DNA from: Nitrospinales bacterium
GTDB lineage: Bacteria > Nitrospinota > Nitrospinia > Nitrospinales > VA-1
NCBI GenBank assembly: GCA_022450865.1
Contig: JAKUOQ010000003.1
Location: 1-61,356 of the forward strand
Direction: 5' to 3'
DNA length: 61,356 bases
A program made the position numbers and the translations under genes. Of the stretch, positions 1 through 10,723 are shown piece by piece. Below the pieces are notes generated by a model. The model saw only the letters and a program-made list of their open reading frames with translations, was not told the origin of the DNA and made no database searches. The number at the start of each line of letters is the position of its first letter. Position 1 is the stretch's first letter.

Positions 1-1558
1 CTGCATTGGATATTAAAAAATCAACACCACCATAATTGGCGACCACTTCTGCAAATGACTGTCGCACTGCATTTTCATCAACTACGTTCAACACCCGTGC
101 AGTGACACCAACTTTATGCTTACTGCGAATCACATCTGCCGCTTTATTGAGCTTATCTTCGGACAAGTCCGCAAGATAAAGATTCGCCCCCTGCTCAGCA
201 AATAATTTTGCTGTAGCTAAACCAATGCCCGATGCCGCTCCGGTAATATAAGCCACCTTCCCTTGAAGCACAGAAGCTTTACTTTTTCCCAGCTTCGCCT
301 GTTCTAAAGACCAATACTCCATATCGAACAAGTCATCAGACTTTAGGGGAGCGTAGTCTCCTACTGAAAATGATTTATGAATAATGTCTATCGTGTGCAG
401 ATAAATATCTGCCGCAATTTTTGTCTCCTTAATGGTTTTACCTATGGTTACTAGGCCCAGTCCTGCCACCAATAAAACCCTGGGTAAAGGATCTAGTTCT
501 GTCTTATCAACACCTTTCGCATCTTTATTAAATTTAAAATACTCGTGATAATTTTTGTAATAGGTTTCTAATGCAGAAGCCACTTCATCTCGCAACAAGT
601 CTACGCTCTGCCATTGTTTTAAATTCAATAAAAGCGGTTTCTGCTTGGTACGGATTACATGATCAGGTGTAGCTGTACCCACTTGCGACCAAGTAGAACA
701 TTCTTCGCTGGATGCAAACGCTTTGGCTTTCTCGTTTTTTCGATGACACACCACCCAGGATTTTCCGGACTTTTGTCCATATAAACCACGAAGTATTGGA
801 GCCAATGCATTAAAAATCTTTTTTTCCCCTTCGTTGATGGCGGGCCCTTCAAGTGGGGTAAATGCCTTTGGCTGTTTTTTAGCAATATATTCTTCTGCTA
901 GGGTCACCGCATGAATGTGCCGGTCATAACTTTCCTTGGCAGTCGAGCCAAAGGTGAACAAACCATGATTGATCAGCATCAGGCCTTCCACGTTCTTATC
1001 CTTTTCATAAACTTCGGCGGCGGCCTTTGCTAAAGCAAACCCCGGCATAATGTATGGAACAATACCAATCGTGTTCCTAAAAATTTTCCGACATATTTTT
1101 TCTGCATCGGGTTGATTTGCGATAATTAAACTGGCATCGGCATGAGAATGGTCGATAAACTTATGCGGCAAAAAAGCATGGAGCAGGGTCTCAACGGAGG
1201 GGTTAGGAGAATTAGCGTCCAGAAGATGCGTTCGCTGTTCATTGACCATATCTTCATCACTTAAAGAATCCAAATCCCTCAATTTAATGAGGTGGTCCAA
1301 AAGAACGCCGGGAAGTCCGGGGGGTTCTATCGTATCCAAGTCCCATCCGCTTCCTTTGACATAAAGCACATCGACTTCCTCATTCACTTTATTTTTGGTA
1401 CGTGACTTGACCGATGTGTTTCCGCCGCCGTGAAGAACGAGTGCAGGATCTGCCCCAATCAATCGCGAGGTATATATACGAAGGGCGATATCTTCATGAA
1501 CATCGCTGTATTTTTCAATCGCGGCCTGAGCAGATGAGTCTTTCCATTTATTCTCCAT
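1..1558 (-). CDS. bifunctional class II aldolase/adducin-domain + short-chain dehydrogenase (rhamnulose-1-phosphate aldolase/SDR type); 3' end lies outside the window
   Basis: Absent from the ORF track because it runs off the left edge. My translation from the ATG (complement of 1556-1558) reads MENKWKDSSAQAAIEKYSDVHEDIALRIYTSRLIGADPALVLHGGGNTSVK..., an aldolase_II-type N-terminus. The frame stays open to nt 1. The SDR Rossmann motif KVAYITGAASGIGLATAK is encoded near nt 200-260. Confidence 0.8.
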   Translation of the reverse strand, partial: MENKWKDSSAQAAIEKYSDVHEDIALRIYTSRLIGADPALVLHGGGNTSVKSRTKNKVNEEVDVLYVKGSGWDLDTIEPPGLPGVLLDHLIKLRDLDSLSDEDMVNEQRTHLLDANSPNPSVETLLHAFLPHKFIDHSHADASLIIANQPDAEKICRKIFRNTIGIVPYIMPGFALAKAAAEVYEKDKNVEGLMLINHGLFTFGSTAKESYDRHIHAVTLAEEYIAKKQPKAFTPLEGPAINEGEKKIFNALAPILRGLYGQKSGKSWVVCHRKNEKAKAFASSEECSTWSQVGTATPDHVIRTKQKPLLLNLKQWQSVDLLRDEVASALETYYKNYHEYFKFNKDAKGVDKTELDPLPRVLLVAGLGLVTIGKTIKETKIAADIYLHTIDIIHKSFSVGDYAPLKSDDLFDMEYWSLEQAKLGKSKASVLQGKVAYITGAASGIGLATAKLFAEQGANLYLADLSEDKLNKAADVIRSKHKVGVTARVLNVVDENAVRQSFAEVVANYGGVDFLISNA

Positions 1559-1802
1559 AATTTTTCCTAGATATTTTTACCGACAGCAATTTGGACCCTA
1601 TGATACCCACAATCTAACACACATTATTGCAGTAATTTATGGTTTAGGGAAAAGAATTGCGGTAAGAAAAAAATTCTATGCTTTAATAACTCATTGTTTA
1701 TCATAATTTTTTAGGTGGGTCAAAAAATGGTCTTTGTATTTTTTTAAATTCCTGATACAAAGCCTGCTGAATTGAAACTTTTTCTATGCTAAGGTTCGCA
1801 AA

Positions 1803-2051
1803 ATGCTTGCCCAAATACATGTAACATTCAAGGAAGGGGTACTCGATCCACAGGGGAAAACCGTTCACCATGCGCTGAATGATTTAGGATATAACGAGGT
1901 TCTGGATGTGCATATTGGGAAGTATCTGGAAGTAAAACTCGATTCTATTTCTAAAGAAGAGGCAGAAATACGAGTCCGGGAAATGTGTGAACGGCTCCTT
2001 GCAAATACGGTTATTGAGTCCTTCCGTTTCAAACTAGTCTCTACTGAATAA
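1803..2051 (+). CDS. purS: phosphoribosylformylglycinamidine synthase subunit PurS
   Basis: The 82-aa product has the family-typical HVTFKEGVLDPQGKTVHHALNDLGY N-terminus. It sits directly upstream of purQ and purL. Confidence 0.9.
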   Translation: MLAQIHVTFKEGVLDPQGKTVHHALNDLGYNEVLDVHIGKYLEVKLDSISKEEAEIRVREMCERLLANTVIESFRFKLVSTE

Positions 2052-2076
2052 TATCCACTAATCGAATCGGTCAAAT

Positions 2077-2772
2077 ATGAAGTGTGGAATAGTTGTTTTT
2101 CCTGGATCAAATTGCGATCACGATTGCTACCACATTCTTAAAGACGTCTTAAATCAAGAAACTCACTGGTTATGGCATAAGGACGATGTTGACCTGAGCT
2201 CCTATGATTTAGTGATACTACCCGGAGGATTCTCTTATGGGGATTACTTACGTGCAGGTGCTATTTCCCGCTTTTCTCCCATTATGAATTCCGTGATCCC
2301 TTTTGCTGAGAACGGTGGGAAGGTTCTTGGAATTTGCAACGGATTCCAAATTCTTGTTGAGTCAGGTCTCTTGCCCGGTGCCTTGATACAGAACCACACA
2401 CGGAAATTCATCTGTAAAAATGTATACGTCCGTATTGAATCGACAGATACGCCATTCACTCAGCAATGCGGTGATAAACCAATTATACAAGTCCCTATCG
2501 CGCATCATCAGGGCAGTTATTATATAGATCCTCTTTCTTTAAACGATATTGAAGAAAGAGGACAAGTTCTTTTTCGATATTGTGACGCGAAAGGTAATAT
2601 CACTGAATCGAGTAACCCTAATGGCTCCGTCGGTTCTGTTGCCGGACTCTGCAATGAGCAAAAAAATGTGATGGGAATGATGCCGCACCCGGAACGGTGC
2701 GCCGATCCGTTGTGGTCCAATACAGATGGACAAGGCATTTTTAAATCTCTTATCTCGCAAAGCAGAATATAA
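2077..2772 (+). CDS. purQ: phosphoribosylformylglycinamidine synthase, glutaminase subunit PurQ
   Basis: Class I amidotransferase with the nucleophile motif [10 protein letters not shown] and the MPHPER His/Glu motif. Located in the purS-purQ-purL order. Confidence 0.95.
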   Translation: MKCGIVVFPGSNCDHDCYHILKDVLNQETHWLWHKDDVDLSSYDLVILPGGFSYGDYLRAGAISRFSPIMNSVIPFAENGGKVLGICNGFQILVESGLLPGALIQNHTRKFICKNVYVRIESTDTPFTQQCGDKPIIQVPIAHHQGSYYIDPLSLNDIEERGQVLFRYCDAKGNITESSNPNGSVGSVAGLCNEQKNVMGMMPHPERCADPLWSNTDGQGIFKSLISQSRI

Positions 2773-2774
2773 AA

Positions 2775-5012
2775 ATGCAGAACGAACCTGAAATCACTCT
2801 ACAACTTGTTAAAGACCATGGTTTAACGGGAGAGGAATATCGACGCATTCTGAATTTAATCGGACGCACACCTAACTTTACCGAATTGGGTATTTTTTCG
2901 GTGATGTGGAGTGAGCATTGCAGTTACAAAAGCTCGCGACCGTTTTTAAAAAATTTACCCACTGAAGGCCCTAATGTGCTGCAAGGCCCTGGAGAGAATG
3001 CGGGAGTCATAGATATTGGTGATGGATTCGCGGTGGTTTTTAAAATTGAAAGCCATAACCACCCTTCCTTCATCGAACCTCATCAAGGTGCTGCCACAGG
3101 TGTGGGCGGAATCATGCGCGATATTTTCACCATGGGAGCAAGACCCATAGCGCTACTCGATTCCCTGCGTTTTGGTGAAATGGAAGATCCACGCACACGA
3201 TTTTTACTGAACGGTGTAGTCGATGGCATTTCCAGCTATGGAAACTGTACCGGCGTTCCCACTGTTGGAGGAGAAGTTTATTTTGATTCCTGTTACAACG
3301 GCAATATTCTGGTAAATGCTTTTTGTTTGGGACTAGCAAAATCGGATGGCATCTTTCTGGCAAAAGCCGGTGGCGTTGGCAATCGTATTTTATATGTTGG
3401 ATCCAAAACCGGCCGAGATGGAATTCATGGTGCCAGCCTTCTTGCTTCATCCGAGTTTGATGAGACAACAGAAGAAAAAAGACCTACGGTGCAGGTGGGC
3501 GATCCCTTCACTGAAAAACTATTGATCGAGGCCTGCTTGGAAATTATGAAATTCAACTGGGTTGTGGGTGTGCAAGATATGGGCGCCGCTGGGCTCACCT
3601 CATCCTCATTTGAAATGGCCCATCGTTCGGAAGCCGGAGTGAGAATGGACTTATCTAAAGTCCCCTTAAGAGAAGAAGGTATGACACCCTACGAGATCCT
3701 ATTATCAGAATCACAAGAGAGAATGTTGTTTGTGATTGAGCCGGGGCATGAAGGGGAGGCTATCGCCATTCTTGAAAAATGGGGACTCGATGCTGCGATC
3801 ATTGGAGAGGTGATTGATGAGCCTGGTGTTCGCATCGAATTTAAAGGCAAGGAAGTGGTCAACCTGCCTACCTTTCCAGTAGTAGATGGGGCTTTAGATC
3901 TTAAGCGAGAAACAAAACGCCCTAAATACCTCGATAAGATTGACCAAGTAAATTTGACGGAACTACCAGAACCTTCCCGAGGTGACAAAGCTTTTTTAAA
4001 ATTACTTGCCTGCCCAAATATTGCCAGCAAAGAATGGGTCTATGAACAATATGATCATATGGTGCGTCTAGACACGTTGGTTTTCCCCGGTTCAGATGCA
4101 GCTGTTTTACGCATCAAGGGCACTAAAAAAGCAGTAGCCATATCTGTTGATTGTAACAGCAGATTCTGTTATCTCGATCCCTATAATGGGGCAGCCATAG
4201 CAGTTGCAGAGGGGTGCCGCAATGTGACATGTTCCGGAGCAAAGCCAATTGGGTTGACCAACTGCCTTAATTTTGGAAATCCAGAAAAACCAGAAATCAT
4301 GTGGCAATTCGAGCAGGCAGTTAAGGGAATTGGTGATACCTGCCTTTTTTTTGATATTCCAGTAGTCAGCGGAAACGTCAGCCTCTATAATGAAACTAAA
4401 GGGGAAGCTATTTTCCCCACGCCCACCGTTGCAGTAGTCGGTCTGATTGAAGATCAGAAAAAAATTATGACGCAGGGATTTAAAAAACCTGGGCATCGCA
4501 TTGGACTCATCGGTTTTACATTGGAAGAGTTGGGTGGCAGCGAATACCTGAAGGTGTTGTTCGACAAAACCGAAGGAAAGGCTCCTGCTCTTGACCGAAA
4601 GAACGAAAAACAAGTGCAAGAGTTTTGCCTAGAACTCATACAGAAAGGACTTATTCAATCAGCACACGATTGCTCTGAAGGAGGACTGGCTATTGCTGTA
4701 GCAGAGTCTTGCTTTGCCACTCCGGAAGAAACTTTAGGGGCAAAACTTGAACTGGAATCAACTCTTCGAGGAGATACGCTTTTATTTGGTGAATCTCAAT
4801 CTAGAATCGTTATCTCTTTCCCAGAAGAATTAACGGATCAAATTAAAAACTTGGCTTTATCCTATAACGTAGATTTTTCTTTGATCGGAATAACGGGAGG
4901 ATCGAAATTCACAGTTAGTATCAACGGTCAGGAATACATAAAGCAGGAAATTGAATCAATAAAAAATATCTGGAAAACTTCTTTAGGGCGCTATGCTGGA
5001 CAAACTACATGA
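2775..5012 (+). CDS. purL: phosphoribosylformylglycinamidine synthase subunit PurL (FGAM synthase II)
   Basis: The 745-aa small-type PurL carries ESHNHPS and [10 protein letters not shown] motifs. It starts 2 nt after the purQ stop. Confidence 0.95.
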   Translation: MQNEPEITLQLVKDHGLTGEEYRRILNLIGRTPNFTELGIFSVMWSEHCSYKSSRPFLKNLPTEGPNVLQGPGENAGVIDIGDGFAVVFKIESHNHPSFIEPHQGAATGVGGIMRDIFTMGARPIALLDSLRFGEMEDPRTRFLLNGVVDGISSYGNCTGVPTVGGEVYFDSCYNGNILVNAFCLGLAKSDGIFLAKAGGVGNRILYVGSKTGRDGIHGASLLASSEFDETTEEKRPTVQVGDPFTEKLLIEACLEIMKFNWVVGVQDMGAAGLTSSSFEMAHRSEAGVRMDLSKVPLREEGMTPYEILLSESQERMLFVIEPGHEGEAIAILEKWGLDAAIIGEVIDEPGVRIEFKGKEVVNLPTFPVVDGALDLKRETKRPKYLDKIDQVNLTELPEPSRGDKAFLKLLACPNIASKEWVYEQYDHMVRLDTLVFPGSDAAVLRIKGTKKAVAISVDCNSRFCYLDPYNGAAIAVAEGCRNVTCSGAKPIGLTNCLNFGNPEKPEIMWQFEQAVKGIGDTCLFFDIPVVSGNVSLYNETKGEAIFPTPTVAVVGLIEDQKKIMTQGFKKPGHRIGLIGFTLEELGGSEYLKVLFDKTEGKAPALDRKNEKQVQEFCLELIQKGLIQSAHDCSEGGLAIAVAESCFATPEETLGAKLELESTLRGDTLLFGESQSRIVISFPEELTDQIKNLALSYNVDFSLIGITGGSKFTVSINGQEYIKQEIESIKNIWKTSLGRYAGQTT

Positions 5013-6396
5013 AGAGTGCGGAGTAGTTGGAGTTTACGGTCACCCGGAGGCCGCTAACCTCGTATATCTTGGGCTTTACGCACTACAGCACCGAGGACAG
5101 GAAAGTGCCGGAATTGTTGCCAGCACCCATTCAAAGATGCATCTGGAATTAGGAATGGGTTTGGTTGCTGATATTTTCGACCCTGGACGGCTGCTTAAAC
5201 TTCCCGGTCCCCTTGCCATTGGTCATAATCGTTATTCGACAGCAGGAAAGAGCGAATTGGTAAACGCACAACCCTGTATGATCAATTACGCGGCCGGTTC
5301 TCTGGCTCTTGCGCACAATGGCAATTTGGTCAACGCCAAGACAATCCGAAAAGAATTAGGTAGCAAGGGAGCCATCTTCCAATCCACCAACGACAGTGAG
5401 GTCATTGTTCACTTGATGGCGCAAGCTAAAAGTGAAAATTTCGTTGATCGAGCTGCAGAAGCCTTGCGACAGGTAAGCGGTGCTTACTCCTTAGTACTCA
5501 TGACAGAAAATGAACTCCTAGCCGCTCGTGATCCTCACGGATTCAGACCGCTTTGTTTGGGAAAACTGGACGGAGCATATATTATTGCCTCAGAAACCTG
5601 TGTGATGGATCTCATTGAAGCCGAGTTCATTCGCGAAGTGGAACCGGGGGAGTTGATCCTCATTAATGAAAATGGACTACAATCCTTTTTTCCTTTTAAA
5701 AAAGTAGAAAGCAAATACTGTGTTTTTGAACATATTTATTTCGCACGTCCCGACAGTTTTTTGTTCGGCGAACATGTTTACGCAGCACGAAAAGAAATGG
5801 GCCGGGCCATGGCGCAGGAAAGCCCAGCAGATGCGGATCTGATTGTTCCCGTTCCCGATTCGGGAGTTGTCTCGGCAATGGGATTTGCAGAAGAAAGTGG
5901 TATCCCATTTGAAATGGGATTGATTAGAAATCATTATGTGGGCCGGACTTTTATTGAACCTCAATCCCAAATAAGAAATTTTGGGGTGAAGCTCAAACTA
6001 AATGCTGTAAAAAATCTTATCTCGGGTAAACGGCTCGCAATCATTGATGATTCTATTGTCCGTGGAACTACCAGTCGCAAAATAGTAAAAATGCTTCTGG
6101 AAGCAGGAGCCAAGGAAGTTCATCTTAGAATTTCTTCACCCCCTATTTTACATTCCTGTTTTTATGGAATCGATACTCCTCATAAAGAGGAACTGATTGC
6201 TCACTCTCATTCCCTTGAAGAAACACGAAAGTATCTAGGTGCAGACTCCCTACAATATCTGAGCATCAAAAAAATGTTGGAAGTCTTGCAAAATGGTGAG
6301 AATAAATTTTGCTCCGCCTGTTTTGATGGAAACTACCCTGTACCTATAACCGACCACTTTTCTACCACCCAACAGTTGAACCTATTCCCAAAATAA
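4993..6396 (+). CDS. purF: amidophosphoribosyltransferase
   Basis: [17 protein letters not shown] is a propeptide followed by the Ntn Cys. The PRPP loop is [14 protein letters not shown]. Fe-S type cysteines occur in CFYGID and [10 protein letters not shown]. The gene overlaps purL by 20 nt. Confidence 0.95.
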   Translation: MLDKLHEECGVVGVYGHPEAANLVYLGLYALQHRGQESAGIVASTHSKMHLELGMGLVADIFDPGRLLKLPGPLAIGHNRYSTAGKSELVNAQPCMINYAAGSLALAHNGNLVNAKTIRKELGSKGAIFQSTNDSEVIVHLMAQAKSENFVDRAAEALRQVSGAYSLVLMTENELLAARDPHGFRPLCLGKLDGAYIIASETCVMDLIEAEFIREVEPGELILINENGLQSFFPFKKVESKYCVFEHIYFARPDSFLFGEHVYAARKEMGRAMAQESPADADLIVPVPDSGVVSAMGFAEESGIPFEMGLIRNHYVGRTFIEPQSQIRNFGVKLKLNAVKNLISGKRLAIIDDSIVRGTTSRKIVKMLLEAGAKEVHLRISSPPILHSCFYGIDTPHKEELIAHSHSLEETRKYLGADSLQYLSIKKMLEVLQNGENKFCSACFDGNYPVPITDHFSTTQQLNLFPK

Positions 6397-6398
6397 AA

Positions 6399-9146
6399 CT
6401 ATTCACCCGAAGGTTTTACAGATTGGAGAGTAATGGGTGTCTCTTGCAAAACCTCTCCCAAAGCTTCCAGTTCTTTTTTATAACTACTTAAGGATTTATC
6501 GAGCTCTCCCTGAGACTCTAAAACTTTCTTATAAAATTTTTGAATCTTGTCGTAATCTGCTTTTCTTAAGGTAAGATTTCTTTCTTCAATTGGCATAGAA
6601 TTTTTCGAAGTCACAGTCTGGATTTGCTTAGGCATGCTAGATGGAATACCAGAAAGGCCTGGAAAAATTTTCTTTAATGCTTCATCCAAAGTTCGTTCCA
6701 TAGCAATATTGTCTTCATATCCCACAATAACTCTTTTCAACTCGGGAATTTTTCCTGAATCAGCTTTCAAATATAACGGCCTGACGTAAACTAAAGACTC
6801 TTCGATGGGTATTACAAGTAATGTGCCTTGAATAACACTTGAACCACGCTGATCCCACAAAGAAATCTGACGTGAAATTTCCGCATCCTGATTGATACGC
6901 GCAACAATTTGACTAGGGCCATATACTAGTTTTTGTTTTGGAAACATATAAACATCGAGCTTACCATAACTGCTCCCATCACTGCGGGCCACCATCCATG
7001 CTGATAGATTACTCTTGCCCCGCGGTGTGTAGGGAACCATAAGAATATACTCTTCATGCTCCTCTCCCGGAAGCTTCATAATAGTGTAATAAGGCTGCAT
7101 AACACGACCATCTATTTCAGGAATTTCCCACTGATCCTCCTTATTATAAAAAACCTGAGGACGCTTCATGTGATAGGTCGCATAAATAAAAGTCTGGATC
7201 GCAAACAAATCAGAGGGGTAGCGAATATGGCTTCGCAAATCCTTTGGCATTTCGGATAAACTCTGGAATAGGTCAGGAAAAATATTCTGATAGGTTTGTA
7301 TAATTGGGTCGGATAAATCAGAAATATAAAAATTCATAGATCCATCATACGCATCGATAGAAATTTTAACGGAGTTCCGAACGTAGTTTCCAAACCTAGG
7401 AATTTTCTGGGAATATGGATATCGATTGCTCACTGTATAAGCGTCATAAAGCCAAATTAGACGTCCTTCTGATATAACCAAATAAGGGTCGTTGTCCAAT
7501 CTAAGGAAAGGTGCAACTTTCTGAACACGCTCAGTTATATTGCGGTACATCAAAACCCGGCTTTCGCTTTCAATATCATCCGCAAACAAAATTTTCAAAG
7601 TTTTGAACCGTGCAGCAAGAATTACCTTTTTTATAAAAGATCCTACTGGGAAACCACCTTTACCTTCATAATTTTTGTAAACATTTTTTTCACCTTCCGG
7701 ATAATCGAACTCTTTGGTTCCTGTGTTTACAAAAACATGATCATTCGCCAGCTCGCCAAAATAAATTTCTGGCTGCTTGACCTTTAAATCCATATTTGAT
7801 TGTGGAGGAATATCTTTAATAAATAGTACTGGTAGACCTTCTGGCGTTACTTGATTCACAGGACTTAACGAAACGCCATAACCATGTGTAAAAGTTAGGT
7901 GCTCATTGATCCAAGTCCGGTTTGGCAGGTTTGAGGATAACAATTCTCTTGGAGACAACAAAGTCTGGCGATATTTTCCGTTAATATGATAGCGGTCGTT
8001 ATCAACAGACTGAAACTGATAGTAGGTACGGATCTCTTGAATCTGTCCAAGTGTATCGAGAAGGGGTTCCTGATCCCAGAGTCGGATATTTTCTATAGTG
8101 GCATCGTTTTTGCGAATACTTTCAGCCGTTAACGATTCAGAACCGGAAAGCCCATGAGTTCCAGTATCGCTAAGCCCATAAGCATTCAATGTTCCTGAAA
8201 TAGTACGCTCTATATAAGGTGTTTCCTTTATCAATTCATTTGGAGCAACCACAAATTTTTGTAATATCTTAGGGTATACATTACCTACAAAATAAACTAG
8301 CGCCAAAGCAACCACTGAGAGAAGAATTTTTTTCATTCCAGGCCTGACAAGACCAAAAAAAGAGAATGCCGATCCCAGCAAAGACACCAGTATCAAAACA
8401 TAAAGAATGGGAATAGATCCAAAATCATCAGCAAACCCGATGCCTGAAATCAATTCGTTTCCTTTTGTCAGCAATTCATAACGTTGAAGGAAAAACTCGC
8501 TGGCAAAAAGGAGAAAAAAACAACCGACCAATCCTGAAAGTGTTCTTCTAGCTTCTGGGAGAAGGACAATACCCGTTGGGCCTACATAAACGAAGCGTTT
8601 GAAAAAGTAAATTAACCCCACACCAATAGAAATCACTATCATGATTTCCCAGATTAGAGATTTAACCATCAACCAGAATGGAAGGTTAAAAACATAGAAG
8701 GCTACGTCTTTACCGAATATAGGGTCTGGTAGATCAAAAGGAGAAGCATTAAGATATTGAAGGACAACCTCCCATTGTTGAGACATGACCAAGCCTGTCA
8801 TTACTGCTAAAACCAAAGGGGCTATTAAAATAAGCAGCTTCAGGTTTTCCGCAATGATATCCAACAGTGGAATTTCACGCCGGACCTGATCGGACAATAA
8901 TATGGGAAGATGCGATGTTTTCTTATAGATTCGGATCAGAAAACCATAGGTTACCAAGAAAAATAAAATCCCAACGAGGAACCCCAAACCAAATTGCGAA
9001 ACCAAAACGGTCCAAAGTACAGAGGCTATACCGTGGCTTTCGAACCACAACCAATCAACATAAAAAGAAAGAATTTTGTCGGCAAACATTGAGCCAACAA
9101 AAACTACTGCAGCAAAGATGAATAACCATTTTTTCAAAGCTTGCAT
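6399..9146 (-). CDS. UPF0182 family membrane protein (function unknown)
   Basis: The 915-aa product has a multi-TM N-terminal third and the family-typical FYVDWLWFES segment, followed by a large soluble C-terminal part. The family assignment is from memory of UPF0182/COG1615 proteins. Confidence 0.75.
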   Translation of the reverse strand: MQALKKWLFIFAAVVFVGSMFADKILSFYVDWLWFESHGIASVLWTVLVSQFGLGFLVGILFFLVTYGFLIRIYKKTSHLPILLSDQVRREIPLLDIIAENLKLLILIAPLVLAVMTGLVMSQQWEVVLQYLNASPFDLPDPIFGKDVAFYVFNLPFWLMVKSLIWEIMIVISIGVGLIYFFKRFVYVGPTGIVLLPEARRTLSGLVGCFFLLFASEFFLQRYELLTKGNELISGIGFADDFGSIPILYVLILVSLLGSAFSFFGLVRPGMKKILLSVVALALVYFVGNVYPKILQKFVVAPNELIKETPYIERTISGTLNAYGLSDTGTHGLSGSESLTAESIRKNDATIENIRLWDQEPLLDTLGQIQEIRTYYQFQSVDNDRYHINGKYRQTLLSPRELLSSNLPNRTWINEHLTFTHGYGVSLSPVNQVTPEGLPVLFIKDIPPQSNMDLKVKQPEIYFGELANDHVFVNTGTKEFDYPEGEKNVYKNYEGKGGFPVGSFIKKVILAARFKTLKILFADDIESESRVLMYRNITERVQKVAPFLRLDNDPYLVISEGRLIWLYDAYTVSNRYPYSQKIPRFGNYVRNSVKISIDAYDGSMNFYISDLSDPIIQTYQNIFPDLFQSLSEMPKDLRSHIRYPSDLFAIQTFIYATYHMKRPQVFYNKEDQWEIPEIDGRVMQPYYTIMKLPGEEHEEYILMVPYTPRGKSNLSAWMVARSDGSSYGKLDVYMFPKQKLVYGPSQIVARINQDAEISRQISLWDQRGSSVIQGTLLVIPIEESLVYVRPLYLKADSGKIPELKRVIVGYEDNIAMERTLDEALKKIFPGLSGIPSSMPKQIQTVTSKNSMPIEERNLTLRKADYDKIQKFYKKVLESQGELDKSLSSYKKELEALGEVLQETPITLQSVKPSGE

Positions 9147-9155
9147 ACGTTTTTC

Positions 9156-9710
9156 CTAAGACACTTTCCATTTTATAGAGCACCCCATTGATGGAATTTG
9201 TTCCTCAGGAACTTTCTTACTCCCAAGAATACAATCAATGGCTTGTTTTAAATCTCTTTTTCTGACCTGGTCTGCTTTTTCCCAGTTGTCATCTATTCTC
9301 CCGCGATAGAGCAATTTCCTCTCTTTTCCGTACACATAAATATCCGGTGTACACACAGCCTCATACTTTTTGGCTATCTCTTGCGACTCATCAAGCAAGT
9401 ACGGGAAATTCATCCTCCAGCCCTTCGAAACACTTTTCATATTCTCAAAAGAATCATCTGCATATTTTTTTGCATCGTTGCAATTGATACCCACTAACCG
9501 CACTCCTTGATCCGACACTTCTTTCTGTAAATCTATCAGGCGTTGAATTACGGCTTTCACATAGGGACAATGATTGCACATAAAAATTATTACCAACACA
9601 GAGTATTCTGAAAAACTGGTCAGAGAGTATTCTTCACCATCAACGCCAGGCAATTTAAAATTGCCCGCCAGGGTTCCCAAAGGAACCATAGTGGAATGTA
9701 ATAAGGCCAT
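9156..9710 (-). CDS. thioredoxin-fold (TlpA/AhpC-TSA-like) protein
   Basis: The redox motif is FMCNHCPYV and the C-terminus is the family-typical PSMGCSIKW. The gene lies 15 nt downstream of the radical SAM gene and 9 nt upstream of UPF0182. Confidence 0.8.
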   Translation of the reverse strand: MALLHSTMVPLGTLAGNFKLPGVDGEEYSLTSFSEYSVLVIIFMCNHCPYVKAVIQRLIDLQKEVSDQGVRLVGINCNDAKKYADDSFENMKSVSKGWRMNFPYLLDESQEIAKKYEAVCTPDIYVYGKERKLLYRGRIDDNWEKADQVRKRDLKQAIDCILGSKKVPEEQIPSMGCSIKWKVS

Positions 9711-9725
9711 GCTTTACTTTCTAAC

Positions 9726-10616
9726 TTAAGAGGTAGACTTACAGGTCATTCCAGTAACTCTGCAAGTGTAGCAGGCTGAATGTGCCAAAGGAAAGGGTCG
9801 CATCGTATTACTAATGGTGTCCCCCATTCGCGCATTAGGGTTATCCACCAAAATTGGGCATACATAAACTCCATCGCCAGTTGCCATTCGAGAGCTTGAG
9901 CATTGCAATTGGGTAATATCAAAATTTTCGAAGCACTTTTCTGATACATATTCTTCTTTAGAATAATATCGTTTATTTTTCGCTAGCTGCCCCAGTAAAA
10001 ACTCAGGAAGGATTTTTATTTTCGGTTGTTGGACCCCGTTTTGCTTAAGAAATTCACTAAACTTTAATTCCATCTCAGAATCGTACTCCTCCTCCCAAGT
10101 GCGCGTAATAGTGAGAATAGGTGAGAACCCCGCTTCAGCTAAACATGCGATCCCGCCGACGGCTTTTTTATAAGCATGCTTTCCTCTGATTGCATCATTT
10201 TTAGCTTGATCAAAATGTTCCATGCTGACTCGGAAACGAAGAAGGTTTTTTGATGCATCTTGAATTGCTCTAAGGCGTTGTGCTTTTTCGGAAGTAATCT
10301 GGGTTCCATTGGTTAGCACATCCAATGGGCCATAGCTTAAAATCGCTTCTAAGATTTCAAAAATTTCTGGATTAATAAAAACTTCGCCCCCTGTAATATA
10401 ATAATCCTTAACTCCCAATTCACTAGCTTCTCTTAGCCTTTCCTTCACCTGCGCTAACGTCATCATAGCAATAGTTTCATTTGTTGGGGAACAACTGATG
10501 AAACAATGGGAACATTCCAAATTACAAAGCGTACCACCTACTTGCAGCCACAATGTTTCCAGTTTTTTTAGAGGGACTTCGGGAATTTTTTCCTGAATTT
10601 TTACTGTATCATCCAT
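9726..10616 (-). CDS. radical SAM enzyme with a Cys-rich C-terminal (auxiliary-cluster-like) region
   Basis: A CX3CX2C triad, C31-N-L-E-C35-S-H-C38, is encoded at 10503-10526. The GGE-like ITGGEVF motif is present. Six further Cys lie in the last ~65 residues (QCSSS...VCPILVD...ACYTCRVTGMTC). Confidence 0.85.
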   Translation of the reverse strand: MDDTVKIQEKIPEVPLKKLETLWLQVGGTLCNLECSHCFISCSPTNETIAMMTLAQVKERLREASELGVKDYYITGGEVFINPEIFEILEAILSYGPLDVLTNGTQITSEKAQRLRAIQDASKNLLRFRVSMEHFDQAKNDAIRGKHAYKKAVGGIACLAEAGFSPILTITRTWEEEYDSEMELKFSEFLKQNGVQQPKIKILPEFLLGQLAKNKRYYSKEEYVSEKCFENFDITQLQCSSSRMATGDGVYVCPILVDNPNARMGDTISNTMRPFPLAHSACYTCRVTGMTCKSTS

Positions 10617-10723
10617 ATTAATAGCCTACCAAAGGGACTTTTGCCACGCCAGCAAAATCTGGATTTCATTATTCTGATATTGGGCCACCTGATGGCAACG
10701 TATATTTAACTATCTTGAGTTCA

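Noticed and set aside
655-885. 76-aa minus-strand ORF from the track
   Set aside because: It lies in a different frame inside the much longer edge-truncated aldolase/SDR gene (1-1558), whose frame gives a coherent family-typical protein. Shadow ORF.
1559-1802. Possible purine/ZTP riboswitch upstream of the pur operon
   Set aside because: The spacer is AT-rich with no GC-rich conserved helices or recognisable riboswitch core. It appears to hold only promoter-type sequence.
4107-4619. 170-aa antisense ORF inside purL, together with similar antisense ORFs at 3127-3468, 3689-4030, 35938-36330, 37655-38011 and 38023-38388
   Set aside because: All are fully embedded opposite well-supported genes, have odd composition and lack Shine-Dalgarno motifs. 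These are typical shadow ORFs.
10601-10669. 22-codon ORF (MKSRFCWRGKSPFGRLLIWMIQ) in the gap upstream of the radical SAM gene, considered as a RiPP-type precursor
   Set aside because: It has no Shine-Dalgarno, it overlaps the rSAM start out of frame, and the sequence has no leader/core character. Most likely chance.
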